Assembly (NCBI GenBank): GCA_963555825.3
Contig: CAUVXB020000002.1
Coordinates: 1,184,001-1,248,000 of the forward strand
Source of the DNA: Alphaproteobacteria bacterium
GTDB taxonomy: Bacteria; Pseudomonadota; Alphaproteobacteria; JAAXGF01
Direction: 5' to 3'
Length of the DNA: 64,000 bases
Each line of letters starts with the position of its first letter. The stretch's first letter is position 1. This document shows positions 43,284 through 53,526 of the stretch, piece by piece. Under the pieces are notes generated by a model. The model was not told the origin of the DNA. It ran no database searches and saw only the letters and a program-made list of their open reading frames with translations. The translations under genes were made by a program, and so were the position numbers.

Positions 43284-43967
43284 TCAGGCTTCGTCGCCAT
43301 AGTAGCGGCGCGCCAGCCGCTCGGCCGGCACGCCGAGATGGAACAGCAGGTGGAGCTTGAGCCAGCCCCAGACGACGCCCGGCTTGGGCCGGTCGCGGAA
43401 TTTGCGCGACGAGGCGATCAGCGGCGTCTCTTCGATCCGCTGCGTCGGGCCATGCGCCTCGAGGCGGCCGACGAAGTCGTAGTCCTCCATCAACGCCAGC
43501 GGACGCACGCCGCCGATTGCGTCGTAGGCGGCGCGCCGCGCGAAGATGCCCGAATCGCCCCAGTAGAGGCCCCAGCGGCGCAGCCCGTTGTAGACCCGGG
43601 TGAGCCGGCGGCTGAAGCTCGTGCCGCCGTCGAAAACAACGCGGAAGTTGCCGCCGACGAGCCGCGGCGCCGCCGCCAGCACCGCCGCCAGCCGCGCCAG
43701 ACCGTCTGCCGGGAAACGCGTGTCGGCGTGCAGGAACAACAGCGTGTCGCCGCGCGAGACGGCCGCGCCGGCACGGAGCTGCGGGCCGCGGCCGCGCGCG
43801 CAGCGGATCATCACGGCGCCCGCGGCGCGCGCCAGATCGGCGGTGCCGTCGCCGCTGCCGCCGTCGGCGACGATGACCTCGTGCGGCACGCATTCGCCGG
43901 CCAGCTCGGCGAGCAAACGCGGCAACGTCTGGGCTTCGTTATAGGTCGGGATGACGATAGAGATCAT
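43284..43967 (-). CDS. TIGR04283 family GT2 glycosyltransferase (paralog 2)
   Basis: SIVIPTYNE, VADGGSGD, GRGPQLRAGA, LLFLHADT, YWGDSG, LMEDYD, SSRKF. Confidence 0.88.
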   Translation of the reverse strand: MISIVIPTYNEAQTLPRLLAELAGECVPHEVIVADGGSGDGTADLARAAGAVMIRCARGRGPQLRAGAAVSRGDTLLFLHADTRFPADGLARLAAVLAAAPRLVGGNFRVVFDGGTSFSRRLTRVYNGLRRWGLYWGDSGIFARRAAYDAIGGVRPLALMEDYDFVGRLEAHGPTQRIEETPLIASSRKFRDRPKPGVVWGWLKLHLLFHLGVPAERLARRYYGDEA

Positions 43968-44138
43968 GGCCTCGGTTCACCAGCATGCGCCCGCCCGCGG
44001 GATGGCGTCAATTGCAGCGGAAAATCGACCCGACGACGATCGTCGCGACGGAATCGCCGCGCCCGCCCGTTTAATCCCCGAAAGCGCGGTTCACGCCGCC
44101 AACCACGACATGTTTCAACCAACTTGAGGATATACGAC

Positions 44139-44576
44139 ATGAACAAGCGATACTGGGCCTTGCTGGCCATCACCGCCCTGATCGTCCCCGGCTTTGCGCT
44201 GGCCGATGCCAAGAGCGATCGGCACACCGAACGCGTCGAGCGGCACTTCGCCGAGCTCGACACCGACGGCGACGGCCGGGTGACCCGCGAGGAGGCCGCC
44301 AGTCACCGCGGCGCCATGTTCGGCCGCGCCGATACCGATGGCGACGGCGCGGTCAGCGAGGCCGAGTTCATCGAGGCCGGCAAGAAGCGCGTCGAGGCGC
44401 GCCTGAAGCGACACTTCGCGAGGCTCGACGACGACGGCGACGGCGCCATCACGCCCGACGAGTTCGGCGGCCGGCGCGGCCACTTCTTCGACCGCATGGA
44501 CGCCGACGGCGACGGCGTCGTCACGCTCGACGAGGCCAAGGCCGCCAGTAAGCGCCACCACAAGAACGACGGGTGA
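44139..44576 (+). CDS. Secreted EF-hand protein
   Basis: Signal peptide; four D.DGDG....E loops. Confidence 0.88.
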   Translation: MNKRYWALLAITALIVPGFALADAKSDRHTERVERHFAELDTDGDGRVTREEAASHRGAMFGRADTDGDGAVSEAEFIEAGKKRVEARLKRHFARLDDDGDGAITPDEFGGRRGHFFDRMDADGDGVVTLDEAKAASKRHHKNDG

Positions 44577-44651
44577 CGCGCGCCCGACCAAACCACCGCC
44601 GATGGCGAATAATGCCGCGCGGCCCCGGCATGTCCGGCCCTATAATCGGGC

Positions 44652-45221
44652 ATGACCGGGAGCTCGCGGGCCCAATCGGACGCGCGGTTGTTGCGGCGTG
44701 TGGCGGCCAGGGACGCCGCCGCCTGCCGCACGCTCGTCGATCACCATCTGGCGCCGCTGGTCGGCTTTGCCCAGCGCATGCTGGGCGACGCCGCCGCGGC
44801 CGAGGACGTCGCGCAGGAGAGCTTCCTGAGACTCTGGCGCCAGGCCGGGACCTGGCGCGCCGAGGCGGCGGTGGCGACCTGGCTGCACCGTGTCGCCCAC
44901 AATCTATGTATCGACCAGCTGCGCCGTCGCCGCGAAGTCACCGGCGACGCGGTCCCGGAGATCGCCGACCCGGCCGACGGGCCGCAGGCGGCGCACCAAC
45001 GGCGCCAGGTCACGGCGATCGTCGACGCCGCGATTGCCGCCCTGCCCGACCGGCAGCGTGCCGCGATCACGTTGGTCCATCACCTGGAATTCGGCAACAT
45101 CGCGGCGGCCGAAGTCATGGATATCACCGTCGAGGCGCTCGAATCGCTACTCGCCAGGGGCCGTCGGGCCTTGCGCGAGCGGCTCGCCGATGAGCGGCTC
45201 GACCTGATGGGGGACGTCTGA
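44652..45221 (+). CDS. ECF RNA polymerase sigma factor
   Basis: AEDVAQESF, TWLHRVAHNLCID, LPDRQR, ESLLARGRR. Confidence 0.92.
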   Translation: MTGSSRAQSDARLLRRVAARDAAACRTLVDHHLAPLVGFAQRMLGDAAAAEDVAQESFLRLWRQAGTWRAEAAVATWLHRVAHNLCIDQLRRRREVTGDAVPEIADPADGPQAAHQRRQVTAIVDAAIAALPDRQRAAITLVHHLEFGNIAAAEVMDITVEALESLLARGRRALRERLADERLDLMGDV

Positions 45222-45664
45222 TGACCGACAGAGACGACGACTGGAACGCCCGCCTGAAGCGCATGCTCGACGCCTACGGCGCCGACGCGGCGCGCTGGCC
45301 CGAGGGCGAACGCGCCTGGGCCGAGGCGCTGGTCGAGGCCGACGGCGGCGCGCGCGCGCTGCGCGCCGAAGCCGGCCGGCTCGATGCGGCGCTCGACTGC
45401 GCGACACTCACTGAGCCCTCATCCGAGCTAATGGCCGACGTGCTGATGGCAGCGCCGGTCACGCCGTGGCGCCGCCGTCTCATCGCGCTCTGGCCCTTCG
45501 GGCCGGCGTGGCAGCCGGCCTCGGCACTCGCCACGGCCTGTGTCCTCGGCATCGTCGCCGGTCTCGCGACCGGCGGCGCCGAGAAGCTCGACGCGAACAC
45601 GCTCGGCGACGAGATCGGCTTGCTCGCCCTCGGGCCTCAATACCAGTTGGAGGAGACGCCATGA
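45221..45664 (+). CDS. Putative anti-sigma factor
   Basis: LDAYGAD.ARWP..ER, single TM; start overlaps sigma stop. Confidence 0.75.
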   Translation: MTDRDDDWNARLKRMLDAYGADAARWPEGERAWAEALVEADGGARALRAEAGRLDAALDCATLTEPSSELMADVLMAAPVTPWRRRLIALWPFGPAWQPASALATACVLGIVAGLATGGAEKLDANTLGDEIGLLALGPQYQLEETP

Positions 45665-46137
45665 CGACCCCGCTCGCCCGCCGGCTCGCCATCGCTTTGG
45701 TGGCGTCGCTCGCAGTCAATTTGTTCCTCGGCGGCATGGCGACCTCGCGCTGGCTGTTCCACGCGCCGCCGGGGGCGCATGGCGCCGGCCCCGACGGCAT
45801 CGGACACTTCAACCGGCGCGCCGCACATGAGGCGCTGGACGCGGGCGCGCGCAGGCGGGTCGAGGCCGTCTGGCGCGACCGCATCGACGACATTCGACCG
45901 CGCATCCGCGCCGCGCGCAAGGCGCGTCACGACGTCATGCGCGAGCTGATCGCCGAGCCGATCGACGCGACCGCGCTCGAGGCGGCCTACGCGGCGCTGC
46001 GCGCGCGCACCGACGAGGCGCAGACCGCGGTGCACGGTGTCCTCGCCGAGGTGGCCCAGATGCTGCCGCCCGACCAGCGCCGGCGCTTCTTCAGGGCCGG
46101 CCTCAAGCGCCGCGACCGCAAGCACGTGGGACCCTAG
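45661..46137 (+). CDS. Periplasmic heavy-metal sensor (CnrX/Spy-like)
   Basis: SLAVNLF TM, helical domain, L.P.QRR C-terminus. Confidence 0.78.
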   Translation: MTTPLARRLAIALVASLAVNLFLGGMATSRWLFHAPPGAHGAGPDGIGHFNRRAAHEALDAGARRRVEAVWRDRIDDIRPRIRAARKARHDVMRELIAEPIDATALEAAYAALRARTDEAQTAVHGVLAEVAQMLPPDQRRRFFRAGLKRRDRKHVGP

Positions 46138-47255
46138 TGTCCCGATTCCGAAGTTCGCATGATTTTCGCCTGCTGTTCAGCGATTTCGATTGTTCGGAGG
46201 CAGAAGCGCTGGATGGCGCCGAGGATGTCATCGGCGGATTTGGTCCATTTGAAGGGTTTGGGGTTCTGGTTTGTCGTGTCGATGTAGTCGAGGATGGTGC
46301 GCTCCAACTCCTTGGTGGAGCGATGGACGCCGCGCCTGATCTGCTTGTCGGTCAGCAGCCCGAACCAGCGCTCGACCTGGTTCAGCCAGGAGGCGCTGGT
46401 GGGTGTGAAATGGGCCTGCCAGCGCGGCCGTTTGGCGAACCAGTCGCGGATCGCCTTGGTCTTGTGGGTCCCGTAGTTGTCCATGACGATGTGGATGTCG
46501 AGATCAGCAGGGACGTTCGCCTCGACGAGGTCGAGGAATTTGCGGAACTCTCGGGCCCGATGGCGCGGGAAACATTTGCCGATGATCTCTCCCGTGGCGA
46601 TGTCGAGGGCCGCGAAGAGAGAGGTCGTGCCGTGGCGCTTGTAGTCGTGGCTGCGCCGCTCCGCCTGCCCGGGGCGCATCGGCAAGAGGGGCTGGGAACG
46701 GTCCAGGGCCTGGATCTGGCTCTTTTCGTCGACACAGAGAACCAGGGCACGATCCGGCGGCGCCAAATACAGACCGACGATGTCGCGGACCTTCTCCACG
46801 AAGAAGGGATCGCTCGACAGCTTGAAGGTCTCCGAGCGATGCGGCTGCAAGCCGAAGGCCCGCCAGATGCGATGAATGGTCGAGGGCGCGTGGCCGCTCG
46901 CCCGCGCCATCGAGCGAAGGCTCCAATGGGTCGCGTCCGGCGGCGTCTCTTCCAGCGTCAGCCGGACCGCTTCCGCGATGGCGTCATCGCCGATTTGACG
47001 CGGCGCGCCGGGGCGGGGTTCGTCGTACAGACCGTCGAGGCCCTCCGCCGCATAGCGGCGACGCCACTTGCCCACGGTGTCCGCGCTCGCCTCGAGACGA
47101 ACGGCGATCTCCTTGTTCTCCAACCCTTCCGCCGCCGCCAAGACGATCCGAGCCCGCCGCGCAAGCCCCTGCGACGTCTTGCGACGACGAGACAGCGCCT
47201 CCAATTCGGCGCGCTCGTCATCGCTCAAAGAGATCGTCACCGCCACTCTCGCCAT
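46134..47255 (-). CDS. IS630 transposase (DDE_3)
   Basis: [56 protein letters not shown]. Confidence 0.95.
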   Translation of the reverse strand: MARVAVTISLSDDERAELEALSRRRKTSQGLARRARIVLAAAEGLENKEIAVRLEASADTVGKWRRRYAAEGLDGLYDEPRPGAPRQIGDDAIAEAVRLTLEETPPDATHWSLRSMARASGHAPSTIHRIWRAFGLQPHRSETFKLSSDPFFVEKVRDIVGLYLAPPDRALVLCVDEKSQIQALDRSQPLLPMRPGQAERRSHDYKRHGTTSLFAALDIATGEIIGKCFPRHRAREFRKFLDLVEANVPADLDIHIVMDNYGTHKTKAIRDWFAKRPRWQAHFTPTSASWLNQVERWFGLLTDKQIRRGVHRSTKELERTILDYIDTTNQNPKPFKWTKSADDILGAIQRFCLRTIEIAEQQAKIMRTSESGH

Positions 47256-47317
47256 CAATCGCGCCTCCTAAAAACAAATAGAGACATAATCATATCAATT
47301 TATCGATCAGGACACTA
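46135..47317 (-). mobile_element. IS630-family insertion sequence
   Basis: TIRs TAGTGTCCCGAT / TAGTGTCCTGAT, duplicated TA in CCCTAGGG target, single transposase ORF. Confidence 0.93.
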
Positions 47318-47342
47318 GGGGACGCGCGTCTTATACCAAGGT

Positions 47343-47759
47343 TCAGATGAAAAACGATGCGCCGCTCGCGCTGGTGTCGTTCAGGAAGGTGACGATGCCA
47401 CCCTCGGCGTAATCGAGGTCGTCGCGCAGGTCGGCCATGGCGAGGCCGGCGGCGCGCAGCCCCATCTCGCAGACCAAGAAGGTGACGTCGAGCGCGGCAC
47501 AGGACTCGATCAGCGTTTCCATGGTGGCGACACCGCGTTCGGCGAACTCGGCATCCCGCGCGGCGCCCGGCATCGCCGTCCAGCCCGGCGCGCCGTCGGC
47601 GGTCGGCTTGGCCAGCGCGCGGATCGCTTCCATGGTGAAGAACAGCGTCGCCGGGCGATCGACGGCGGCCGAGGCGGCGGCCATCGAGAAGGCGTAGTGG
47701 ACGCGCTCGAAATCGCCCGAGAAGACGACGATCGAGAGCTTGTCGGGCGCCGCGCTCAC
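47343..47759 (-). CDS. DsrE/DsrF/DrsH-like protein
   Basis: LSIVVFSG..ERVHYA, LFFT, VCEMGL, GIVTF. Confidence 0.82.
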   Translation of the reverse strand: MSAAPDKLSIVVFSGDFERVHYAFSMAAASAAVDRPATLFFTMEAIRALAKPTADGAPGWTAMPGAARDAEFAERGVATMETLIESCAALDVTFLVCEMGLRAAGLAMADLRDDLDYAEGGIVTFLNDTSASGASFFI

Positions 47760-47763
47760 ACCT

Positions 47764-48579
47764 TTACCCGCAAGCTTCGGCGGCGCCGTCCAGGTGGTCC
47801 GCGAGGTCCTTGATCGTCGCCTGGGCGCCGCACAGCGGGCAATCGGGATCGGGCTTGATGCGGACCTTCTGGAAGCTCGTCGCGAGCGCGTCATAGAGCA
47901 GCAGCCAGCCCGACATGCTGTCGCCGATACCGAGAATCTCCTTGATCACCTCGGTCGCCTGCAGCGAGCCCGCGGCGCCGGCCAGCGCGCCCAGGATGCC
48001 GGCTTCCGAGCAGCTCGGCACCAGGCCGGGCGGCGGCGCCTCGGGGAACAGGCAGCGGTAGCACGGGTTGTCGCCGCCCTCGAAGGCCTTGAAGGTCGAG
48101 ATCTGCGCGTCGAAGCGCGACATCGCCGCCGAGACCAGCGGGCGCTTGGCGAAGTAGCAGGCGTCGTTGACCAGATAGCGCGTCGCGAAGTTGTCGCTGC
48201 CGTCGGCGATCAGATCGTAGGGCTCGATCAATTCGAGCGCGTTCTCGGCGATGAGCCGCAGGTCGTGGGCGACGACGTCGACCTCGGGGTTGATTTCGGC
48301 GAGCGTCGCGCGCGCGCTCTCGGTCTTTGGCTCGCCGACCCGCGAGGTCGCGTGGACGATCTGGCGCTGCAGGTTCGAGAGATCGACGCGGTCGAAATCG
48401 ACGACGCCCAAGGTGCCGACACCGGCGGCGGCGAGGTACATCAGCACCGGCGAGCCGAGGCCCCCCGCGCCGATCACCAGCACCTTGGCGTCGATCAGCC
48501 GCGCCTGCCCGATGCCGCCGACCTCGGGCAGGATGATGTGGCGCGCGTAGCGCTGCAGCTGGGCTTCGGTGAAATCCAT
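47764..48579 (-). CDS. moeB: MoeB/ThiF family adenylyltransferase
   Basis: RYARHIIL, GAGGLGSP, SNLQRQ, DGSDNF, PCYRC, CPLC. Confidence 0.92.
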   Translation of the reverse strand: MDFTEAQLQRYARHIILPEVGGIGQARLIDAKVLVIGAGGLGSPVLMYLAAAGVGTLGVVDFDRVDLSNLQRQIVHATSRVGEPKTESARATLAEINPEVDVVAHDLRLIAENALELIEPYDLIADGSDNFATRYLVNDACYFAKRPLVSAAMSRFDAQISTFKAFEGGDNPCYRCLFPEAPPPGLVPSCSEAGILGALAGAAGSLQATEVIKEILGIGDSMSGWLLLYDALATSFQKVRIKPDPDCPLCGAQATIKDLADHLDGAAEACG

Positions 48580-48590
48580 AGCGTCTGGCC

Positions 48591-49070
48591 CTATACCGTC
48601 TCGACCGTCGCGCCGACCAGCCCGGTCGAGCCGTAGCCGTCGGCGCCGCGCGCGGTCTCGGGCAGCTCCGCGGTCTCGCGCCAGGCGATCCGGGCGACCG
48701 GCGCGACGACCAACTGGGCGATGCGCATGCCGCGCGTCACGACGAACGGATCGGCGCCCAGGTTGACCAGGATGACGCTGATCTCGCCGCGGTAGTCGGC
48801 GTCGACCGTACCTGGCGCATTGAGCACGCCGATGCCGTGGCGGTGGGCGAGGCCCGAGCGCGGCCGGACCTGCGCCTCGAAGCCCGCCGGCAGCGCGATC
48901 TTGATGCCGGTCGGCACCAGTGCGCGGCCACCGGGCGCGATGGTCAGCGGGCCGGCGATCGATGCCGCCAGATCGAGGCCCGAGCTTCCTTCGGTGGCAT
49001 AGGCCGGCAGCGGCAGATCGGCCGCGTCGTCGAGACGCGTGACGGCGACGTCGAGCGGTTCCGTGTTCAT
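48591..49070 (-). CDS. dut: dUTPase
   Basis: [41 protein letters not shown]. Confidence 0.96.
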   Translation of the reverse strand: MNTEPLDVAVTRLDDAADLPLPAYATEGSSGLDLAASIAGPLTIAPGGRALVPTGIKIALPAGFEAQVRPRSGLAHRHGIGVLNAPGTVDADYRGEISVILVNLGADPFVVTRGMRIAQLVVAPVARIAWRETAELPETARGADGYGSTGLVGATVETV

Positions 49071-50278
49071 GCGGCCTGGCCGGCGGCGAAATGCGCGGCG
49101 ATGCACGCGGCGATGCGCTCGGCGACGTCGGTCTTGCTCATCGTCGGCCAGTCGTCGACGCCTTGCGCGGTAACCAGATGCACCGTGTTGTCGTCGCCGC
49201 CCATGACCCCGGTGCCGGGCGCGACGTCGTTGGCGACGATCCAGTCGCAGCCCTTGCGCGCCAGCTTGGCGCGCGCGTTCTCGACCACCGCTTCGGTCTC
49301 GGCGGCGAAGCCGATGACCAGCGCCGGCCGCCGGTTGCCGGCCTCGCTCAGGCTGGCCAGGATGTCGGGGTTCTCGGCGAGCGCGAGCGCGGCTGGCGGC
49401 TTACCGTCCTTCTTGATCTTGGAGATAGCGGTTTGGGCGGCGCGCCAGTCGGCGACCGCGGCGGCGCAGACCGCGACGTCGGCGGGCAGCGCGGTGCGGC
49501 AGGCCTCGAGCATCTCGGCGGCCGATTCGATGTGCACCACGGCGACGCCCGCGGGATCGGCCTGGGCGGTCGGCCCCGAGACCAGCGTGACCGCGGCGCC
49601 GAGCCGCGCGCAGGCGGCCGCGATGGCATGGCCCTGCTTGCCCGACGATCGGTTGGCGATGTAGCGCACCGGGTCGATGGCCTCCCATGTCGGGCCCGAG
49701 GTGACCAGCGCGCGGCGGCCGGCGAGCGGCGCACGGGCGGCAAAATAGTCCTCGACCGCGGCGACGATCTCGTCCGGCTCGGCCATGCGGCCCGGGCCGT
49801 ACTCGCCGCAGGCCATGTCGCCCTCGTTCGGGCCCACAATCGTGACGCCACGCTGGATCAGAGTTTCGACGTTGACGCAAGTCGCGGCGTGCTGCCACAT
49901 GCGGACGTTCATCGCCGGCGCCGCCAGCACCGGCTTGTCGGTCGCCAAGAGCACGGTCGAGGCGAGATCGTCGGCGCGGCCGTGGGCCATCTTGGACAGC
50001 AGATCGGCGGTCGCCGGCGCGACGACCAGCAGATCGGCGGCACGCGACAGCTCGATATGGCCCATTTCAGCCTCGTCGGTCAGCGAGAACAGCTCGCCGT
50101 AAACCTTGTCGCCCGACAGCGCGGCGACCGAGAGCGGCGTGACGAACTCGGCGCCCGCCCTGGTCAGCACGCAGCGTACCGCGCAACCGCGCTCGCGCAG
50201 CCGCCGGATCAGTTCGAGCGACTTGTAGGCGGCGATGCCGCCCGCGATGATGAGCAATATGCGTTTGCCGTACAGCAT
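49067..50278 (-). CDS. coaBC: Phosphopantothenoylcysteine decarboxylase/ligase
   Basis: [54 protein letters not shown]. Confidence 0.96.
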   Translation of the reverse strand: MLYGKRILLIIAGGIAAYKSLELIRRLRERGCAVRCVLTRAGAEFVTPLSVAALSGDKVYGELFSLTDEAEMGHIELSRAADLLVVAPATADLLSKMAHGRADDLASTVLLATDKPVLAAPAMNVRMWQHAATCVNVETLIQRGVTIVGPNEGDMACGEYGPGRMAEPDEIVAAVEDYFAARAPLAGRRALVTSGPTWEAIDPVRYIANRSSGKQGHAIAAACARLGAAVTLVSGPTAQADPAGVAVVHIESAAEMLEACRTALPADVAVCAAAVADWRAAQTAISKIKKDGKPPAALALAENPDILASLSEAGNRRPALVIGFAAETEAVVENARAKLARKGCDWIVANDVAPGTGVMGGDDNTVHLVTAQGVDDWPTMSKTDVAERIAACIAAHFAAGQAA

Positions 50279-50315
50279 GGCCGATGTTGCAGTGCACCAA
50301 AACGATGACGGTAAC

Positions 50316-50456
50316 CTAACGCATAATCCGACCGATTGGAATCAGTCGGATTACGCCAGCCTGCGACCGCAGGCCGCCGACCGTTCGGCGGAAGCATGCG
50401 CGGCGATTGAGCGCAGGTCATCTTTGACGCGCGTAAAGATGACCGAACACATAGGT
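50316..50456 (+). repeat. Structured intergenic repeat family 1, copy E
   Basis: CTAACGCATAATCCGAC..GAATC..GTCGGATTAC, GCCTGC-GACC-GCAGGC, core motif. Confidence 0.9.
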
Positions 50457-50499
50457 CCGCAGTGTCGGGGGCGCAACCCCGCCGCCGCGCGCGGCGAGT

Positions 50500-52035
50500 C
50501 TACGCCAAAGCGAGGAAAATTGCTGCCAGGGCGATCAAACCCGCCCAGAACAAGGGCCTTCCACCGCGCCGACCCGCATTGCCGCCCAGCGCGCGCACCG
50601 TCTCGGGGTGCAGCTTGAGGCCACCCTCGGCGAGGTCGGCGAGCGTCGCCTCGGCGTCCTTGACCAGCTTGGGCAGGCGCTGGACGGTCGCGATGGCCTC
50701 GGCCGTGGCGTCGGCGATGCGCGCTTCGGGGCCCAGATTGTCACGCGCCCAGTCCTCGATCGGCGGCTGGGCGAGCACCCAGATGTTGGCTTCCGGGTCG
50801 AGACGGCGGCTCAAGCCCTCGGCGAGCATCATGGTCTTCTGCAGCAACAGGAGCTGCGGCTGGGTCGCCATCTCGAAGGTCTCGGTGACGCGGAACAGCT
50901 GGCCGAGCAACCGGGCGAGCGAGATCTCGCTCAGCGGCCGGCCCAGGATCGGCTCACCGATCGCGCGGCACGCCTGGACGAAGGCGTCGCGTGACTGGTG
51001 CGCCGGCACGTAGCCGGCCTCGAAATGGACGTCGGCGACGCGGCCGTAGTTTCCAATTAGGAAACCAAGCAGCATTTCGGCCAGATAGCGCCGGGTTTCC
51101 TTGCTCAACCGGCCCATGATGCCGAAATCGACCGCGACGATGTCGCCGTCGGCGTCGACGAACAGGTTGCCCGGGTGCAAATCGGCGTGGAAGAAGCCAT
51201 CGCGGAAGGTCTGGTTGAAGAACGCGCGCGACGCCTTTTCGACGATCGCGCCGAGATCGTGGCCGGCCGCGATCAGCGCCTCGCGCTCGTCGATCGGGAT
51301 GCCCGCGATGCGCTCCAGCGTCAGCACGCGCTCGGCGGTGCGCCGCCAGTCGACAGCGGGCACACGGAAACCGTCGTCGTCGGCGAGGTTTTCAGCGAGT
51401 TCCGAGGCGGCGGCGGCCTCGAGCCGCAGGTCCATCTCGATCGCCACCGAGGCGGCGATCGTGCGCACCACCTCGACCGGCTTGAGGCGGCGCCACGCCG
51501 GCTGGGTGCGCTCGATCAGCTCGGCCAGCCAGTAGATCAGGTCGAGGTCGCGCGCGAAGGCCTGCTCGACGCCAGGGCGCAGCACCTTGACCGCGACCGG
51601 GACGCCCTCGACGGTGGTCGCCAGATGGACCTGGGCGATCGATGCCGCGGCGACGGGATCGTCGTCGAAGCTCTCGTATAGTTCGTCGAGCGGCGCCCCG
51701 AACGCGGCCTCGATCGTCGCGCGCGCTTGGCTCCCCGGGAACGGCGGCAACCGATCCTGCAGGTTGGCGAGGTCGTCGGCCATCGCCGCGCCGATCAGGT
51801 CGGGCCTGGTCGAGAGCGCCTGGCCGAGCTTGATGAAGCTCGGCCCCAGTTCGTTGAGCGCGACCGACAGGCGCTCGCCCGGCCGGCCCGGCACGCCGCG
51901 CCGCGAGACCAGCCGCGCGATCGCCGGAACGAGCGGGCCGAGACCGAGCAGCTCGAGCGGAAACAGTGCGTCGTGGCGCGCCAGGATGCGCGCGATCGCC
52001 AGCAGGCGGGCGAGGTTGCGGAGCGCGCGGATCAT
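50500..52035 (-). CDS. ubiB: Ubiquinone biosynthesis protein kinase-like UbiB
   Basis: LGPSFIKLGQ.LSTRPD, AAASIAQVH, VAVKVLRP, FFHADLHPGN, DFGIMG. Confidence 0.95.
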   Translation of the reverse strand: MIRALRNLARLLAIARILARHDALFPLELLGLGPLVPAIARLVSRRGVPGRPGERLSVALNELGPSFIKLGQALSTRPDLIGAAMADDLANLQDRLPPFPGSQARATIEAAFGAPLDELYESFDDDPVAAASIAQVHLATTVEGVPVAVKVLRPGVEQAFARDLDLIYWLAELIERTQPAWRRLKPVEVVRTIAASVAIEMDLRLEAAAASELAENLADDDGFRVPAVDWRRTAERVLTLERIAGIPIDEREALIAAGHDLGAIVEKASRAFFNQTFRDGFFHADLHPGNLFVDADGDIVAVDFGIMGRLSKETRRYLAEMLLGFLIGNYGRVADVHFEAGYVPAHQSRDAFVQACRAIGEPILGRPLSEISLARLLGQLFRVTETFEMATQPQLLLLQKTMMLAEGLSRRLDPEANIWVLAQPPIEDWARDNLGPEARIADATAEAIATVQRLPKLVKDAEATLADLAEGGLKLHPETVRALGGNAGRRGGRPLFWAGLIALAAIFLALA

Positions 52036-52039
52036 CGGG

Positions 52040-52152
52040 TTAGGCCCTGTTTTGCGGTCAATCGCCGCGCTTGCTTTCGCCGAACGGTCGGCGGCGCGCA
52101 GTCGCGCGCTGGTAGATTCCGATCAATTGCGATCAGTCGGTACATGCTCTAG
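52040..52152 (-). repeat. Structured intergenic repeat family 1, copy F (last hairpin deleted)
   Basis: Reverse strand CTAGAGCATGTACCGAC..CTACCAGCGCGCGACTGCGCGCCGCCGACCGTTCGGCG..GCGCGGCGATTGA|CCGCA..GGCCTAA. Confidence 0.85.
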
Positions 52153-53216
52153 ATCCGCCACGCCGAATGCAGCGCTGCGACGCCGCCGGTCAGGTTCCGG
52201 TAGCGCACGTTGCCCAGCCCCGCGGACTCGATCAGGGCGGCGAAGTCGTCCTGGGCGGGGAAGCGCCGGATGCTTTCGACGAGGTACTGATAGGCCGCGC
52301 GGTCGCCGGTGACGATCTCGCCGAGCGCCGGCAGCACACGGAAGGAATAGGCATCGTAGAGTGCGCCCAGCGCGGGCAGCGCGACATGGCTGAACTCGAG
52401 GCAGACGAAGCGTCCACCCGGCTTGAGCACGCGCCGAGCCTCGGCCAGTGCACGCTCGATGCGCGTGACGTTGCGGATGCCGAAGGCGATGGTGTAGGCG
52501 TCGGTGCTGGCGTCGGCGAGCGGCAGCGCCTCGGCGTCGCCGCACAGCCAGTCGATGCCGGCGACGATGCCGTCGTCGAGCGCGCGGTCGCGGCCGATCT
52601 CGACCATCGCGCGGTTGATGTCGCAGACCGTGACCCGGGCGCCGGTTCGCGCGCCGCCGGCGCGCGCCAGGATGCGCCGCGCGACGTCGCCGGTACCGCC
52701 CGCGACGTCGACGGTATGGCTGCCGGCGCGTGGCTTGAGCCAGTCGATCATGTCGGCCTTCCACAGCCGATGCACGCCGGCGCTCATCAGGTCGTTCATC
52801 AGGTCGTAGCGCGCGGCCACACTCGAGAAGACCGCGTCGACCAGCCGGCGCTTCTCGCCCGCGCCGACGTCGCGAAAGCCGAAATCGGTGGTGTCGGCCT
52901 GGCGGTCGCCGTCGGCGTGCGGGGCCGGCCCGGGCCGCCGCGTGGGTCTGGCGCGCGACGGCGCCCGGGGCGCAGGCCGATCCGCCGTCTCGGCCACGCT
53001 ATCGGCCGCGCCGCCGGTGCCCGGCGCGTAATCGCCGAGCAGCTCTTCGGCCGGCACGTCGAGCGCCCCGACCAGCTTGGCGATGGTGACGTCGCGCAAA
53101 TGCAGATCGCCGCGCTCGAGTTTCGAGATCGTCGGCTTGCCGAGCCCGACCAAGCGGCCGAGGGCCTCCTGGGTCAGGCCGCGCTCGCGGCGCCAGTGGC
53201 GAATTCTGTTCTGCAT
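52149..53216 (-). CDS. ubiE: UbiE/MenG C-methyltransferase with fused N-terminal XRE-family HTH
   Basis: [36 protein letters not shown] (HTH_3), Pro/Ala/Arg linker, then [56 protein letters not shown]. Confidence 0.9.
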   Translation of the reverse strand: MQNRIRHWRRERGLTQEALGRLVGLGKPTISKLERGDLHLRDVTIAKLVGALDVPAEELLGDYAPGTGGAADSVAETADRPAPRAPSRARPTRRPGPAPHADGDRQADTTDFGFRDVGAGEKRRLVDAVFSSVAARYDLMNDLMSAGVHRLWKADMIDWLKPRAGSHTVDVAGGTGDVARRILARAGGARTGARVTVCDINRAMVEIGRDRALDDGIVAGIDWLCGDAEALPLADASTDAYTIAFGIRNVTRIERALAEARRVLKPGGRFVCLEFSHVALPALGALYDAYSFRVLPALGEIVTGDRAAYQYLVESIRRFPAQDDFAALIESAGLGNVRYRNLTGGVAALHSAWRI

Positions 53217-53251
53217 GTCCCCGCATTCGGGTCGCGGTTGCCGCACCCAAT

Positions 53252-53268
53252 GTTTCCTAATTGGAAAC
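53252..53268. promoter_or_regulatory. Candidate operator palindrome upstream of XRE-ubiE
   Basis: GTTTCC-TAATT-GGAAAC perfect 6-5-6 inverted repeat, 35 bp from the ATG. Confidence 0.55.
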
Positions 53269-53325
53269 TTTACGCCTTCTCGTGCGATTTTTGAAGCGTA
53301 ACGTAGCGAAGCGCGCGGAAGCGCG

Positions 53326-53515
53326 CCAGCCTGGCTTTCTCGCCATTGATATCCGCCGCCCTGAGGGCCGCCCCCCCCCCCCCCCCCCCCCCCACGCCGC
53401 TCGCGGCGTCGAAGACCTTGACCGTAGCCCAGGCTACGCTCTGCGGCCTTCTCCTGGCGGATCGGCGCGGCCCGACGCGATGACGCATCTATCCACGGTG
53501 AGAAGTCCGGGCTAG
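53326..53515. mobile_element. MITE family 2, short copy
   Basis: Ends CCAGCCTGGCTTTCTCGCC / GGTGAGAAGTCCGGGCTAG; body similar to 58562-58715. Confidence 0.8.
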
Positions 53516-53526
53516 TCTCTGCCGCC

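Noticed and set aside
46135-47317. IS630 as the mobiliser of repeat families 1 and 2
   Set aside because: Its TIR (TAGTGTCC) does not match their ends beyond the CTAG target
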